DNA of 64,000 nt from Halobacteriovoraceae bacterium (GTDB lineage: Bacteria; Bdellovibrionota; Bacteriovoracia; Bacteriovoracales; Bacteriovoracaceae): positions 1,152,001 to 1,216,000 of the forward strand of contig CAVRCF010000005.1 in NCBI GenBank assembly GCA_963719505.1. Direction: 5' to 3'. Position numbers and translations under genes: made by a program. Below, one piece after another: positions 1 through 9,800 of the stretch. The notes below the pieces were generated by a model. It saw only the letters and a list, made by a program, of their open reading frames with translations. It had not been told where the DNA came from and searched no databases. Numbering within the stretch: the stretch's first letter is position 1; each line of letters opens with the position of its first letter.

Positions 1-113
1 CTCCAAGGTATAAAGATATGAAAAAAGTTATCTGTTATGGGGAGGGTATTTCTGGAAAAAGACAAAATATTTGAGGCGCGCTCGAATACAAATGGCTTAC
101 TAAAAGCAGGCAT
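1..113 (-). CDS. Possible 5' end of a gene running off the window (MPAFSKPFVFERASNILSFSRNTLP...)
   Basis: ATG at 113 preceded by AAGGGAG; frame open to the window edge; promoter-like element upstream. Could instead be a long 5' UTR, since the minus strand ends in GGAG at position 1. Confidence 0.35.
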   Translation of the reverse strand, partial: MPAFSKPFVFERASNILSFSRNTLPITDNFFHIFIPW

Positions 114-162
114 TAAATCTCCCTTGGTGCAGACGTGAACTTGAGAATTAAATATACAATGT

Positions 163-190
163 ATTATACGGATTTTATTGCGGCGCGCAA
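163..190 (-). promoter_or_regulatory. sigma-70-like promoter
   Basis: TTGCGC-N16-TATAAT on the minus strand. Confidence 0.5.
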
Positions 191-231
191 CAGTTAATTT
201 TATTTACTTTAGTGTTTCTTTAGGAGCTTTC

Positions 232-429
232 TTAAGATTCTAGCAACATAGCTTCGTCGATATAAGCAATCATAGCTTTTCTTAGATCCTCTAGCGACAT
301 CTTTGTTGCGACATCGTTTTTGTCGAATAACTCTTTTTTGATAAGTTCAACAGGGAATCCTGTTAAGTCTGACAAAGACTTAAGATCAACTATAGTACTA
401 CCTTCAGCCTTTTTACTTTCTTCCAACAT
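232..429 (-). CDS. Small hypothetical protein (65 aa), possibly with a helix-turn-helix-like segment
   Basis: ATG at 429 with AAGGAG SD; MLEESKK...VDLKSLSDLTGFPVELIKKEL; upstream TTGACA-N18-TATGCT (525-496). Confidence 0.7.
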   Translation of the reverse strand: MLEESKKAEGSTIVDLKSLSDLTGFPVELIKKELFDKNDVATKMSLEDLRKAMIAYIDEAMLLES

Positions 430-575
430 GCTAAACTCCTTGCTGTTGTTTTTCTTTCCCGTATCCTTGGGAAAGTTCCTTCTCTCTCGTATCAAAGCAT
501 ATCTATCTTATGAAAAAATTGTCAAAACAAACTTTTGAGATGTAAGACTTTTTTATAACTGACTATTTGGATTGA

Positions 576-1769
576 TTAATCACCTGATGTGATATCCACG
601 TCCAAAAACTTAATAAAGCTCTCCATTTTTTGAAACGTTTCTTTAAATTCACTCTCACATTTACTAAGAAGGGTTATCCCTCCTCCTGATCCATACTTAA
701 GCTCGTCCTTATCTAAACTAATTTCAGCTGAACGAATATTTATAGAAGCGCACTTCATTCCTTTGTGTAACAAAACAGTTGAGCCACAGTAAAAACCTCT
801 TGGATATTTCTCTATCTCTTTGATAATTTCCATCACTCTTTTTTTGGGAGCTCCCGTGATACTTCCACCTGGGAATAATGCCTCCATCACATTTAACAAA
901 CTCGTCTCCTTATCTACTGTTGTATCAACAACAGAATATTGATGAACAATTCCAGGGACTCTTAATGGAGCTTTTCTTTTTATAACTCTTGATGGAGTCA
1001 GTTTTATTTTGGAGAGATCATTACGGATTAGATCTGTGATCATGTAAAGTTCGCCTTGATCTTTCAAAGACCTTTTGAGCTCGTTCCAACTTCCTACCCC
1101 TTTGTCTTCAATCGTCCCCTTGATTGGCATCGATCGAATGGTCAGCTGGTCACCACTATTAAAGGCTTTAAACAGACACTCTGGAGAATTAGAGAGGTAA
1201 GCCTTATCCATGCAGTCTATCGAGGTAAAGTGGGCATAAGCACCTAGGCGATTTTTAGAATTTATAAAAAGACGTAGATAATCTTTATCTTCAAACTTCA
1301 CCTTGGTTTTAAAAAAGAAAGGATGAGTAAGATTAACCTGATAACAGTCCCCACCGAGAAGGTGATCATAAACTTTATTGAATTTTACTTTGTAGTCTTT
1401 AAATGTGGGGTACTCCACAAGCCTAAAAGATGCTTTATCATTCACCATGGACATCGATGTCTGGGAGTGTTTCAAATACTTAATTTTTATTGCCAACGGC
1501 TCTCTAGAACTTATCGATTCTTTTTGATCTTGAAAAAGATAACCGAACTCATAGAAGAAATGAAAAACAATCGGTTTTTCAAAGTTTTGACCAAGCTCTA
1601 TCTGTGCAAGCTCTGAACAAAGTTCTTCAACTGAGGAGGTAATCTTCTCACTTGTGAGTAAATCAATTTTAAAATCTTTATAATAAAGAAAAGCTTCAGC
1701 TGGCTTGGAACACTCTAAAAATTCATCGTCATCTTTGAGATAAAATATAGAGTATATTCCATTATCCAT
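576..1769 (-). CDS. pabB: Aminodeoxychorismate synthase component I (chorismate-binding)
   Basis: GDCYQVNL, SNSPE, PIKGT (PabB-type Lys), MITDLIRNDL, FPGGSITGAPK, SINIR, GSGGGI motifs. Confidence 0.85.
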   Translation of the reverse strand: MDNGIYSIFYLKDDDEFLECSKPAEAFLYYKDFKIDLLTSEKITSSVEELCSELAQIELGQNFEKPIVFHFFYEFGYLFQDQKESISSREPLAIKIKYLKHSQTSMSMVNDKASFRLVEYPTFKDYKVKFNKVYDHLLGGDCYQVNLTHPFFFKTKVKFEDKDYLRLFINSKNRLGAYAHFTSIDCMDKAYLSNSPECLFKAFNSGDQLTIRSMPIKGTIEDKGVGSWNELKRSLKDQGELYMITDLIRNDLSKIKLTPSRVIKRKAPLRVPGIVHQYSVVDTTVDKETSLLNVMEALFPGGSITGAPKKRVMEIIKEIEKYPRGFYCGSTVLLHKGMKCASINIRSAEISLDKDELKYGSGGGITLLSKCESEFKETFQKMESFIKFLDVDITSGD

Positions 1770-3112
1770 TATTGAGAGGAGTTCTGTGAATATTGTAGTT
1801 CAGCAAATTTTGTCTGATTAGCTATCCAAGCCATCTCAACAGTCCCCTGCTCCCCAGCTCTGTTTTTGGCCACAATAATTTCTGCGATACCTTTTTTGGG
1901 AGTATTTTCATCGTAATATTCCTCTCTGTGAAGAAGAATAACAATATCGGCATCCTGCTCAATTGACCCAGACTCTCTAAGGTCTTGCATCTGAGGTCTT
2001 TTATCAGTTCTTGAAGCTGCAGAACGGTTAAGCTGTGAAAGGGCAATAATAGGAATCTCGAGCTCTTTGGCCAATTCCTTTATTCCTCTTGAAATCTCCG
2101 CAATTTCTTGTTCTCGAGAACTTTTACGAACATGAGGCTTCATTAGCTGAAGGTAGTCGATGATAATCATCCCAAGACCTTGATCAGTTTTAATTTTTCT
2201 CGACTGAGACTTTATATCCAGAAGAGTGGTTCCCCCAGAGTCATTTATATATATAGGAAGCGAAGACATATTCTTCACCGCTGCTGAAATATTTCTCATA
2301 TCCATATCATTAAAATCATTTGTTCTAAGTTTTCTTGAATCCAGGTTCGCTTCTGCTGATAAGAGTCGTCCTGAAATCTCAGGAGCAAGCATCTCATACG
2401 AGTAAATCATCACGGGAAGCTTACTGGCTTTACATGAGTTGATGGCCAAGTTCACGGCGAATGCAGTTTTTCCCATGGCAGGTCTCGCTGCGACGATAAC
2501 CATTTGTCCTGCCTGTAACCCCAGAAGCTTTTTATCTACAGATGGCCAACCAGTTGAAAGACCCAGAATTTCTCCTGGCTCTCTTTTTCCTTTCTCCATA
2601 TTTTTTAAGTTCTCAATCAGAGAGTCTTTTAATGTTTTAACAAAATTTGTTCTGGTCTGGTTTGCCAAAGAGAAAAAACTTGATTCAACTTCTTCTATAA
2701 ATTCTTTTATATCCCCGACAAAGTTCAACCCTTGATCGGTAATTCTCATAGAGTTTCTAACAATCTCTCTGAGGATAGCTTTATTTTTTACAATTTTTGC
2801 GTAGTGATAAATATTTGCTGAACTTGCCGTGTCTTCTATAAAGTTTGCTAAGGCTGCTTGCCCACCAATAACTTCTAACTTTCCCATATCGCTTAGTTTC
2901 GCACTAACGCTCACGAGATCAAAGGGCATGTCTGAAATAGACAGATCATTAATAGCACGAAAAATTTGACCGTATTGTGGATGATAGAAGTCTTCGGGCC
3001 CAATTTGAATATCTGTGATTTCATCAAAGGCTGCATTATCAATTAGTAGAGAACCGATAAGGGCTTTTTCACCTAGAAAGTCATGGGGTAAATCAGCAGA
3101 TCTTTCACTCAT
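1769..3112 (-). CDS. dnaB: Replicative DNA helicase
   Basis: AARPAMGKT Walker A, IIDYLQLM, LSQLNR, DLRESGSIEQDAD, AKNRAG. Confidence 0.98.
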   Translation of the reverse strand: MSERSADLPHDFLGEKALIGSLLIDNAAFDEITDIQIGPEDFYHPQYGQIFRAINDLSISDMPFDLVSVSAKLSDMGKLEVIGGQAALANFIEDTASSANIYHYAKIVKNKAILREIVRNSMRITDQGLNFVGDIKEFIEEVESSFFSLANQTRTNFVKTLKDSLIENLKNMEKGKREPGEILGLSTGWPSVDKKLLGLQAGQMVIVAARPAMGKTAFAVNLAINSCKASKLPVMIYSYEMLAPEISGRLLSAEANLDSRKLRTNDFNDMDMRNISAAVKNMSSLPIYINDSGGTTLLDIKSQSRKIKTDQGLGMIIIDYLQLMKPHVRKSSREQEIAEISRGIKELAKELEIPIIALSQLNRSAASRTDKRPQMQDLRESGSIEQDADIVILLHREEYYDENTPKKGIAEIIVAKNRAGEQGTVEMAWIANQTKFAELQYSQNSSQ

Positions 3113-3156
3113 AGAATATCCTGTCGTCGATTTTATTTGGTTTTAATTGGTCTTGT

Positions 3157-3189
3157 AAAAGAACCACGGCCTGATAAACAGACCGTGGG
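3157..3189 (-). terminator. Intrinsic terminator after rplI
   Basis: Minus strand CCACGGTCTG-TTTAT-CAGGCCGTGG followed by TTCTTTT. Confidence 0.7.
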
Positions 3190-3197
3190 AAATTATC

Positions 3198-3788
3198 TCA
3201 TGCTTCTTCAGTTGTTTGAGCATCGTCAGAAGTTGCTTCAGTAGACTCTTCGCCTTCTTCACCAGCTTCTTCTTTCTTCGCAGCCATAGCAGCTTTTTTA
3301 GCAGCAGCAGCTTCTTGCTTTTTCTTCATTTCTTCAGCTTGAACAGGGTCAACTTCTACATTTACTTTAAAAGTTGCTTCAACACCTTTGAAAATCTTTG
3401 CACTTACTTCATGAGTACCAGTCGTTTTGATTGGTGTCTCAATTGTAATCATTCTTCTTTCAACATTGATATCTTGCTTTTCTAATTCTCTTGCAAGTTC
3501 CGTGTTTGTTACTGTTCCAAAAAGTGAACCGTTACCACCAACTTTCTTAGTTAAAGTTACTACAACTCCACCAAGTTTTTTAGCGATAGCTTCTGCTCCA
3601 GCTTTTTCTTCAGCAACTTTTTTCTCTAATCTTTTCTCATGATCTTTCATTTGCTTTGCATTTGACTCATCAGCAAGAACAGCTAATTTTTGAGGAATAA
3701 GGTAGTTTCTTCCGTACCCTTCAGAAACGTTTACTGTTTCACCAACACTTCCTACTGATTTTACTCTTTCTGTTAATATAACTTTCAT
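3198..3788 (-). CDS. rplI: 50S ribosomal protein L9 with Ala/Lys then acidic C-terminal tail
   Basis: MKVILTERVKSVG...GYGRNYLIP, LFGTVT motifs. Confidence 0.97.
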   Translation of the reverse strand: MKVILTERVKSVGSVGETVNVSEGYGRNYLIPQKLAVLADESNAKQMKDHEKRLEKKVAEEKAGAEAIAKKLGGVVVTLTKKVGGNGSLFGTVTNTELARELEKQDINVERRMITIETPIKTTGTHEVSAKIFKGVEATFKVNVEVDPVQAEEMKKKQEAAAAKKAAMAAKKEEAGEEGEESTEATSDDAQTTEEA

Positions 3789-4765
3789 TATAATTCTCCT
3801 TCAGGATTGTTTTTAAAAAATCGTCTGTAGTTTACGAACATATCAGAAAAACCAAGAATGATTAAAATCTGAAATGCCAAATAAACTGTCGACACAACTA
3901 GTAATGACCTAAAAAATCCCTGGATCTTTAAATTATCAAGGAATGAGACGTAAACGCCAAAGCCTTGAAAAAAATAAAAAATACTAAGGATGACTAATAA
4001 ATAACTTCCAAACTCAAAAACCGATGGGTCTAAGTAATCTCCAAAGACAAAAGCTGCAAGTCCTAAAATAAAACCCCAGACAAAATGATCTGGTACTTTT
4101 ACATGGATCAGACTCTTAATATTATCTCTTTTTGACGACTCGAGAAATCTCGTTTTGAAACCAAGGCAGAGGTTCATCCAAATCGCTAGAAAAATAAGAA
4201 CAATAAAGACTTTAGGAATCATTGGCATGATTTCTTTCGCAAAGCTCTCTGGCTCGTTTTTTACTTTTTGAATAAACGCTTTAGATTCAAGTGTATCTTT
4301 CCCATAGACCAAAGCAATTCTTGTAACTAAAAATTCTTCATTCTCAACAACTTTTTCAGTGAAAAAGCCTCTGGGTGTTTTGTCTACCGAAGACAAGTAA
4401 CCAAAAGCCGCACTTAAAACTATCCCTATTAAAATCACACCCGCAATAACCATGGATTTAAACGGTGCTAAATTTCTTTCTATAATTTCCAAACAGATTA
4501 AACCAATAATCAAAGCCGCCCCTAGAATTCCGGCAAATACCATTCCAGTTAAGCCCCCTTGGGAGAGATAGAGAGAAACACCAAAAGTCATTAAAGCAAT
4601 AATATAAGCTTTAACTTTTCCATGCCTAATTCCTGCGTGAATAATAGGCAAAGGTGAAAGAAGAGAGAAAACTCCACTTGAACAAAGCATGAATGAAATC
4701 AGGCCTGATAATAACAGACTCGGTATCATTAAGTAGTTTGTTGAAGTTTCGTTTGAGTTAGTCAT
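3788..4765 (-). CDS. DUF2232/YybS-like multi-pass membrane protein
   Basis: Many hydrophobic segments, YFFQGF and LGFSDMFVNYRR motifs, typical position between rpsR and rplI. Confidence 0.8.
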   Translation of the reverse strand: MTNSNETSTNYLMIPSLLLSGLISFMLCSSGVFSLLSPLPIIHAGIRHGKVKAYIIALMTFGVSLYLSQGGLTGMVFAGILGAALIIGLICLEIIERNLAPFKSMVIAGVILIGIVLSAAFGYLSSVDKTPRGFFTEKVVENEEFLVTRIALVYGKDTLESKAFIQKVKNEPESFAKEIMPMIPKVFIVLIFLAIWMNLCLGFKTRFLESSKRDNIKSLIHVKVPDHFVWGFILGLAAFVFGDYLDPSVFEFGSYLLVILSIFYFFQGFGVYVSFLDNLKIQGFFRSLLVVSTVYLAFQILIILGFSDMFVNYRRFFKNNPEGEL

Positions 4766-4776
4766 TTATCTTCAGA

Positions 4777-5370
4777 TTATCTAGCAGTGTGGTTAGACAT
4801 ATAACTAATAAGTCCCATACAACGACCACGCTTAATAGCTGTAGTAGATGATCTTTGAAACTTAGGTCTTAAACCAGTAACTCTTGCTGGAGAAATTTTT
4901 CCAAACTCATTTACTAACCATGAGTAAGAAGCTGGGTCTTTCCAATCTGGAGCCGTTTTCTTAGCTGAGAAATAACAAGATTTTCTTTTCGCGAACATCT
5001 TTTTTTCTTTTTCAGCGTCACCATAAGCTTCGTTTGAGAAACCTGGCTTTTTGTAAGTTTTCTCAAGTTCAGCTTGGTCTTTATCAGCACCAAGGTTGAT
5101 AAAGATGAACTTTAAACAGTCTTCAGAAATTCTGAAACGTCTTTCAAGCTCAGTGTTACACTTGTTGTTTGCCTTGTACATCACGTAGAAGTAGTTCCCT
5201 CTTGTTTCACCGTTTTCAGTCGGTTGAGCAAAAGTTTTTACTCCCCATGCATCGTTAATCAAAACTTCACCTTCGAAGTCTTTGATTGTAGATGCTACAA
5301 GATCTGTCATTTTTTTAATGGCTTCTTCTGTCGCGTCTGAGCGAAGAACAAATGCCGATTCATAAATCAT
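4777..5370 (-). CDS. rpsF-rpsR: Fused 30S ribosomal proteins S6-S18 (197 aa)
   Basis: ATG 5370 after GGAG; N-half S6 (YESAFVL, WGVKTFAQP, ELERRFRISEDCLK), C-half S18 (DWKDP, EFGKISPARVTG, FQR..TTAIKRGR.MGLISY); no stop between them. Confidence 0.92.
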   Translation of the reverse strand: MIYESAFVLRSDATEEAIKKMTDLVASTIKDFEGEVLINDAWGVKTFAQPTENGETRGNYFYVMYKANNKCNTELERRFRISEDCLKFIFINLGADKDQAELEKTYKKPGFSNEAYGDAEKEKKMFAKRKSCYFSAKKTAPDWKDPASYSWLVNEFGKISPARVTGLRPKFQRSSTTAIKRGRCMGLISYMSNHTAR

Positions 5371-5648
5371 ACAATTCTCCTGGGTATAATTAGCCACACC
5401 TCTCATGGATGCAGCGAGTTAGTATATTTGATCGATTACGGTTTTATAACTAAATGTGGCTGTAAATTAGCAAATAAAGCCTTATTTTCATAGGGTAAAG
5501 TGAACTATTTCTTTATTATTTTTACTCATCTGTCCTTGTCTATGGCTCAGTCTGCATCAGAGTGCATGTTCTTACTTCTGAAACCCTCGATATTATTTAA
5601 AACTTCCCCATAGGCAAAATGGATACTTTCCCATAATATCGATAACCT

Positions 5649-6335
5649 ATGCGCACAATCTTAAGCTTTCTCATTCTTTTATCTATCAAGGCTTTCGCTA
5701 AAATATTCTATCGAACAGAGGTCGTCTGGATCAATAGTCAGCCAAGCTTCAAAAGAATTAGGCTCATCGCTTTTTTGAATCACACCTCTCTTTATGAACC
5801 CCTCTATATTGGTGTTCTTCCCATCTCCTTTATTTGGAGACTTGCTAGAAAACTTGTGGCGCCAGGTGCAGATAAGACTCTAGATCGGCCACTGGTTGGC
5901 TTCTTTTGGAAAATTATGAGCCCAGGCATGATCTCTATAACCAGAAGAAGGGATAAGTCTTGGATTCGTTTTATGAATGCTATCCACGACAGAGCCGTCA
6001 TTGCAATGGCGCTAGAAGGAAGAATGAAAAGACGAAATGGACTAGATCTGGCCGGAAAAAAAATGACGGTAAAATCAGGTGTGGCGGATATTATAGCAGA
6101 GCTAGAAGAAGGGAATATACTTGTTGCCTACAGCGGTGGCCTCCACCATGTTCAGGTCCCAGGTCAGATTCTCCCTAGACTCTTTAGAAAGTTAAAATTA
6201 AATTTAGAAATCATTGATATTGAAGATTATAAGTCAAACTTCAACACCGAAGGGATTCAGTGGAAAAGAGATGTTACAGCTGACTTTCAAAGGCGGCTTG
6301 AAACAAATTGTCCCAAAGCCGACTCTACTGATTAA
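5649..6335 (+). CDS. PlsC-like phospholipid/glycerol acyltransferase
   Basis: NHTSLYE (HxxxxD/E block I) and MALEGRM (FPEGTR-like block III). Confidence 0.75.
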   Translation: MRTILSFLILLSIKAFAKIFYRTEVVWINSQPSFKRIRLIAFLNHTSLYEPLYIGVLPISFIWRLARKLVAPGADKTLDRPLVGFFWKIMSPGMISITRRRDKSWIRFMNAIHDRAVIAMALEGRMKRRNGLDLAGKKMTVKSGVADIIAELEEGNILVAYSGGLHHVQVPGQILPRLFRKLKLNLEIIDIEDYKSNFNTEGIQWKRDVTADFQRRLETNCPKADSTD

Positions 6336-7921
6336 GCCTCTCCCACAAATATTTCATATTGCTCTATATGATATGAGTTATCAGCTCGTATACTTAGCTC
6401 TTTACCATGCATCTCTTCCAAGCTTTCCAACACGACAAAGTCTTCACTTGTGAGCTGAGCAGAAACTTCAGGATGAGCGAAAACCGAAATCAACCTATGC
6501 TTAGACTTTTTCATCGTTTTTGCGACTTCACGTAAGATTTCATAGCAGACAGTGGTTACAGATTTAACCGTCCCTGTCCCCTCACAATAAGGACACGATT
6601 CGGACATGATTCTTGTCAAAGTATCTCGGGTTCTCTTTCTTGTCATTTCTACAAGACCTAAACCGGAGATAGGAAGAACATTTGTTTTAGCTCTATCTTT
6701 TTTGAGGGCTTCTAAAAGAGCGTTGAAGACATCTGCACGGTGCTGCTCTTTTTCCATGTCGATAAAATCAATAATGATAATTCCACCGCAATTTCTAAGG
6801 CGCATTTGATAAGCGATCTCTTTAACAGCTTCAAGATTTGTTTTTAATATAGTGTCTTCAAGAGTTTTCTTTCCAACAAATTTTCCTGTGTTGATATCAA
6901 TTGAAACCAGAGCTTCAGTCTGATCGATATTTAAAGAACCACCACTTCGAAGATAAACTTTATTGGAAAGTGCTCTCTCCACTTCAATATCAATTCCGTA
7001 GTGCTCAAAAATTGGACTATCGCCGTCGTAGAGTTTAACTTTTCCCTTCATCTTAGGAAGATACTTGGTCGTGAACTTATCAACTTGCTTTAGTGATGCT
7101 TTGGTATCACAAATAATATTTGCAACATCTTCATCCGTTATATCTCTGAGCGCTCTTTGAATAAATGTGAGATCGTTATAGACTGAAATGGGGGCTGCAG
7201 ACTTTTCTATCTTTTTTTGGACGTCTTTCCAAATCTTTGAAAGAAGCTGGTAGTCTGATTTTAAAATTTTATGAGACTGACCTTCAGCTACGGTTCTTGC
7301 GATAATACCCTTACCATCTGGACGAATGGACTCTAAAACATTTTTAAGTCTATCTCTTTCCTCTTCTGTCTCGATCCTTCGACTGACACCAATATGTTCA
7401 ATAAAGGGCATAAAAACAATATGCCTTCCGGCTAAAGTGATATGCCTTGTGATTCTTGGGCCTTTGGTTGAGATGGGCTCTTTAGCAATTTGAACCAGAA
7501 TCTCATCCCCTTCTTTTAAAAAATCTTGAATCTTTACGTCGGGTCTGTATTTCATATCGACAGTCTCGGATAGGCTAGATAATTCATCTGGGATTGTTTT
7601 TGCACCAGTGACTTTTAACTTCTCGCGATTAGCCGCATCTTTTTCTTCGATTCTTTTGGCCATGTCCCTTTGCTCATCAAGAGTAGGAATATAGGCATCG
7701 TCGACATAGAGAAATGCTGCGCGATCAAGACCGATATCAACAAATGCTGACTGCATACCAGGCAGGACTCTTAGGACCTTACCTAAATAAATATTTCCAA
7801 CAGTTGCACGATTTTTGTGACTGGATGCTCTTTCAATAAGAAAATCAAGGATTTCCCCATTTTCAATAAGAGCAACTCGACTCTCATTATGAGTCTGATT
7901 GATAATTAGCTCTTTTGCCAT
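6332..7921 (-). CDS. rng: Ribonuclease G (Rne/Rng family)
   Basis: VGNIYLGKV, AFVDIG, KEPISTKGPR, IDINTG, GGIIIIDFIDM, CPYCEGTG. Confidence 0.95.
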   Translation of the reverse strand: MAKELIINQTHNESRVALIENGEILDFLIERASSHKNRATVGNIYLGKVLRVLPGMQSAFVDIGLDRAAFLYVDDAYIPTLDEQRDMAKRIEEKDAANREKLKVTGAKTIPDELSSLSETVDMKYRPDVKIQDFLKEGDEILVQIAKEPISTKGPRITRHITLAGRHIVFMPFIEHIGVSRRIETEEERDRLKNVLESIRPDGKGIIARTVAEGQSHKILKSDYQLLSKIWKDVQKKIEKSAAPISVYNDLTFIQRALRDITDEDVANIICDTKASLKQVDKFTTKYLPKMKGKVKLYDGDSPIFEHYGIDIEVERALSNKVYLRSGGSLNIDQTEALVSIDINTGKFVGKKTLEDTILKTNLEAVKEIAYQMRLRNCGGIIIIDFIDMEKEQHRADVFNALLEALKKDRAKTNVLPISGLGLVEMTRKRTRDTLTRIMSESCPYCEGTGTVKSVTTVCYEILREVAKTMKKSKHRLISVFAHPEVSAQLTSEDFVVLESLEEMHGKELSIRADNSYHIEQYEIFVGEA

Positions 7922-8035
7922 GAATGTAACCTTTTAAAACTTTTAAATTAAATACTCTTAAAGGATACAATTGGTGAGCAAAAAGGGAAAGACGAGGGCC
8001 ATAAATGCCGCGAGTTAAGAACTGTAATAGTCTAG

Positions 8036-8062
8036 TAAAGAGCCCGCTGATAACGCGGGCTT
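8036..8062 (-). terminator. Intrinsic terminator after mscL
   Basis: Minus strand AGCCCGC-GTTATCA-GCGGGCT then CTTTA. Confidence 0.6.
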
Positions 8063-8070
8063 AAAGGGAT

Positions 8071-8490
8071 TTATTTTTTTAATTCGTCTCTTATTTCTCT
8101 AAGAAGTAAAATATCTTCTGGTGTTACCGCGGGTGCTTCTGGAGCGGCTTCTTCTTTTTTCTTTGTCGCATTTATGCCTTTAACAACCATAAAAATAACA
8201 AAAGCTATAATAATAAAGTCCACTATTGTTTGAATAAAAACACCGTACTTAATTACTGGAGCACTCGCCTTGGTTGCTTCTGCCAAAGTGGCATAGCTTG
8301 TTTCACTTAAGTTGATAAAAAGCTTTGAGAAGTCTACATTTCCAAGCATCTTACCTATCGGTGGCATGACGATGTCGCTTACAAAAGAAGAAACAATCGA
8401 CTTGAAAGCTGCACCAATAATTAGACCCACTGCTAAATCGACAACATTTCCTTTAACTGCGAACTCTTTAAATTCTTTAAACATACTCAT
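8071..8490 (-). CDS. mscL: Large-conductance mechanosensitive channel
   Basis: [32 protein letters not shown]. Confidence 0.97.
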   Translation of the reverse strand: MSMFKEFKEFAVKGNVVDLAVGLIIGAAFKSIVSSFVSDIVMPPIGKMLGNVDFSKLFINLSETSYATLAEATKASAPVIKYGVFIQTIVDFIIIAFVIFMVVKGINATKKKEEAAPEAPAVTPEDILLLREIRDELKK

Positions 8491-8567
8491 TTTTTACATT
8501 CTCCTGAACGAATAATTTCCTAATTTTTTTCTCTACTCTAACTTTAACCAGTCACCGAACAAGGGTT

Positions 8568-9800
8568 CTAAATAAAGATTCCTGCTATCGATGCTGTCAT
8601 TAAGCCAGCCATCATCCCACCAGCAAGACACTTCATTCCAAGCTTTGCAAGGTCACTACGTCTGTCTGGAGCTAAGGTACCAATTCCACCAACTTGAATC
8701 GCAATAGAAGAAAAGTTTGCAAAACCACAAAGAGCATATGTCGCCATCGTTATGGCCCTTGGTGACATCGTATTTTGTTCTATCATCATTTTTAAATCTA
8801 GGTAGGCGACGAATTCATTGAGAATTATTTTCTTTCCAAGAAGACTACCAAAGTTGATGCAGTCATCCCAAGGTATTCCAATAATAAATGCGACAGGAGC
8901 GAAGAGATAACCTGAAATTTTTTCAAGCGTTATTCCCTCGAGTCCTACAAGCCCTGTTGCCCAACCAAGCATTCCGTTGACAAGAGCAATCAAAGCAATA
9001 AAGGCCAAAAGCATTGCTCCAACATTGACAGCAAGCTTTAAACCCTCCGCGGCACCAGCAGCTGCGGCTTCAATAATATTTGAATATATTTTTTCTACTT
9101 TAAGTTTTACAACTCCAACTGTGTGGGACACTTCTGTCTCTGGAATAAAGAGTTTTGCAAGAACAAGTGCAGCCGGTGCGGCCATAACTGAAGCAGCCAG
9201 AAGATGGCCAGCATCGATACCAAAGCCGACGTATGCCGCAAGAACTCCACCCGCAACGGTGGCCATCCCACCGGTCATCATGGCAAGAAGCTCTGATTTG
9301 GTCATATTACTAATATAGGGTTTAACAACCAGTGGAGCCTCTGTTTGACCAGCAAAGATATTTGCAGCACAAGAAAGAGATTCAGCTCCTGAAGTTCCCA
9401 TAACCTTTACCATCACTTTAGCAACAAGGTTAATAACCACTTGCATAGCTCCTATGTGATAAAGAATACTCATCAATGATGACATGAAAATAATGGTTGG
9501 AAGAACCATTGTCGCAAAAACAAATCCCACTCTTGAGACTTTAGTGAGATCACCAAAAACAAAAGCTGCTCCTTCATTCGTATAATTTAAAATTCCAGTA
9601 AAAAGTTCACGGGCAAATTCAAAAATTTGTTGCCCCCATGGAAGCTTTAAAATGATGAGTCCAAGAAAGACTTGGAGAAGAACACCGGATATAACCGTTT
9701 TCCACTTGATCGCTTTCCTATCTGAGCTAAATAGAAAACTAATAAAAATCATGCTCAACAAGCCAACGACAGACATAAGTCTTAAGCCAAAATCTTCCAT
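8568..9800 (-). CDS. nupC: Concentrative nucleoside transporter (CNT/NupC family)
   Basis: ANIFAGQTEAPL, GMATVAG, LNEFVAY, ALCGFANFSSIAI. Confidence 0.93.
   Translation of the reverse strand: MEDFGLRLMSVVGLLSMIFISFLFSSDRKAIKWKTVISGVLLQVFLGLIILKLPWGQQIFEFARELFTGILNYTNEGAAFVFGDLTKVSRVGFVFATMVLPTIIFMSSLMSILYHIGAMQVVINLVAKVMVKVMGTSGAESLSCAANIFAGQTEAPLVVKPYISNMTKSELLAMMTGGMATVAGGVLAAYVGFGIDAGHLLAASVMAAPAALVLAKLFIPETEVSHTVGVVKLKVEKIYSNIIEAAAAGAAEGLKLAVNVGAMLLAFIALIALVNGMLGWATGLVGLEGITLEKISGYLFAPVAFIIGIPWDDCINFGSLLGKKIILNEFVAYLDLKMMIEQNTMSPRAITMATYALCGFANFSSIAIQVGGIGTLAPDRRSDLAKLGMKCLAGGMMAGLMTASIAGIFI

Noticed and set aside
5371-5406. N-terminal extensions in the ORF track (rpsF from 5406; also 495, 10495, 10489, 25251, 29712, 43551, 43569)
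   Set aside because: Downstream ATGs fit SD position, family N-termini or signal peptides better.
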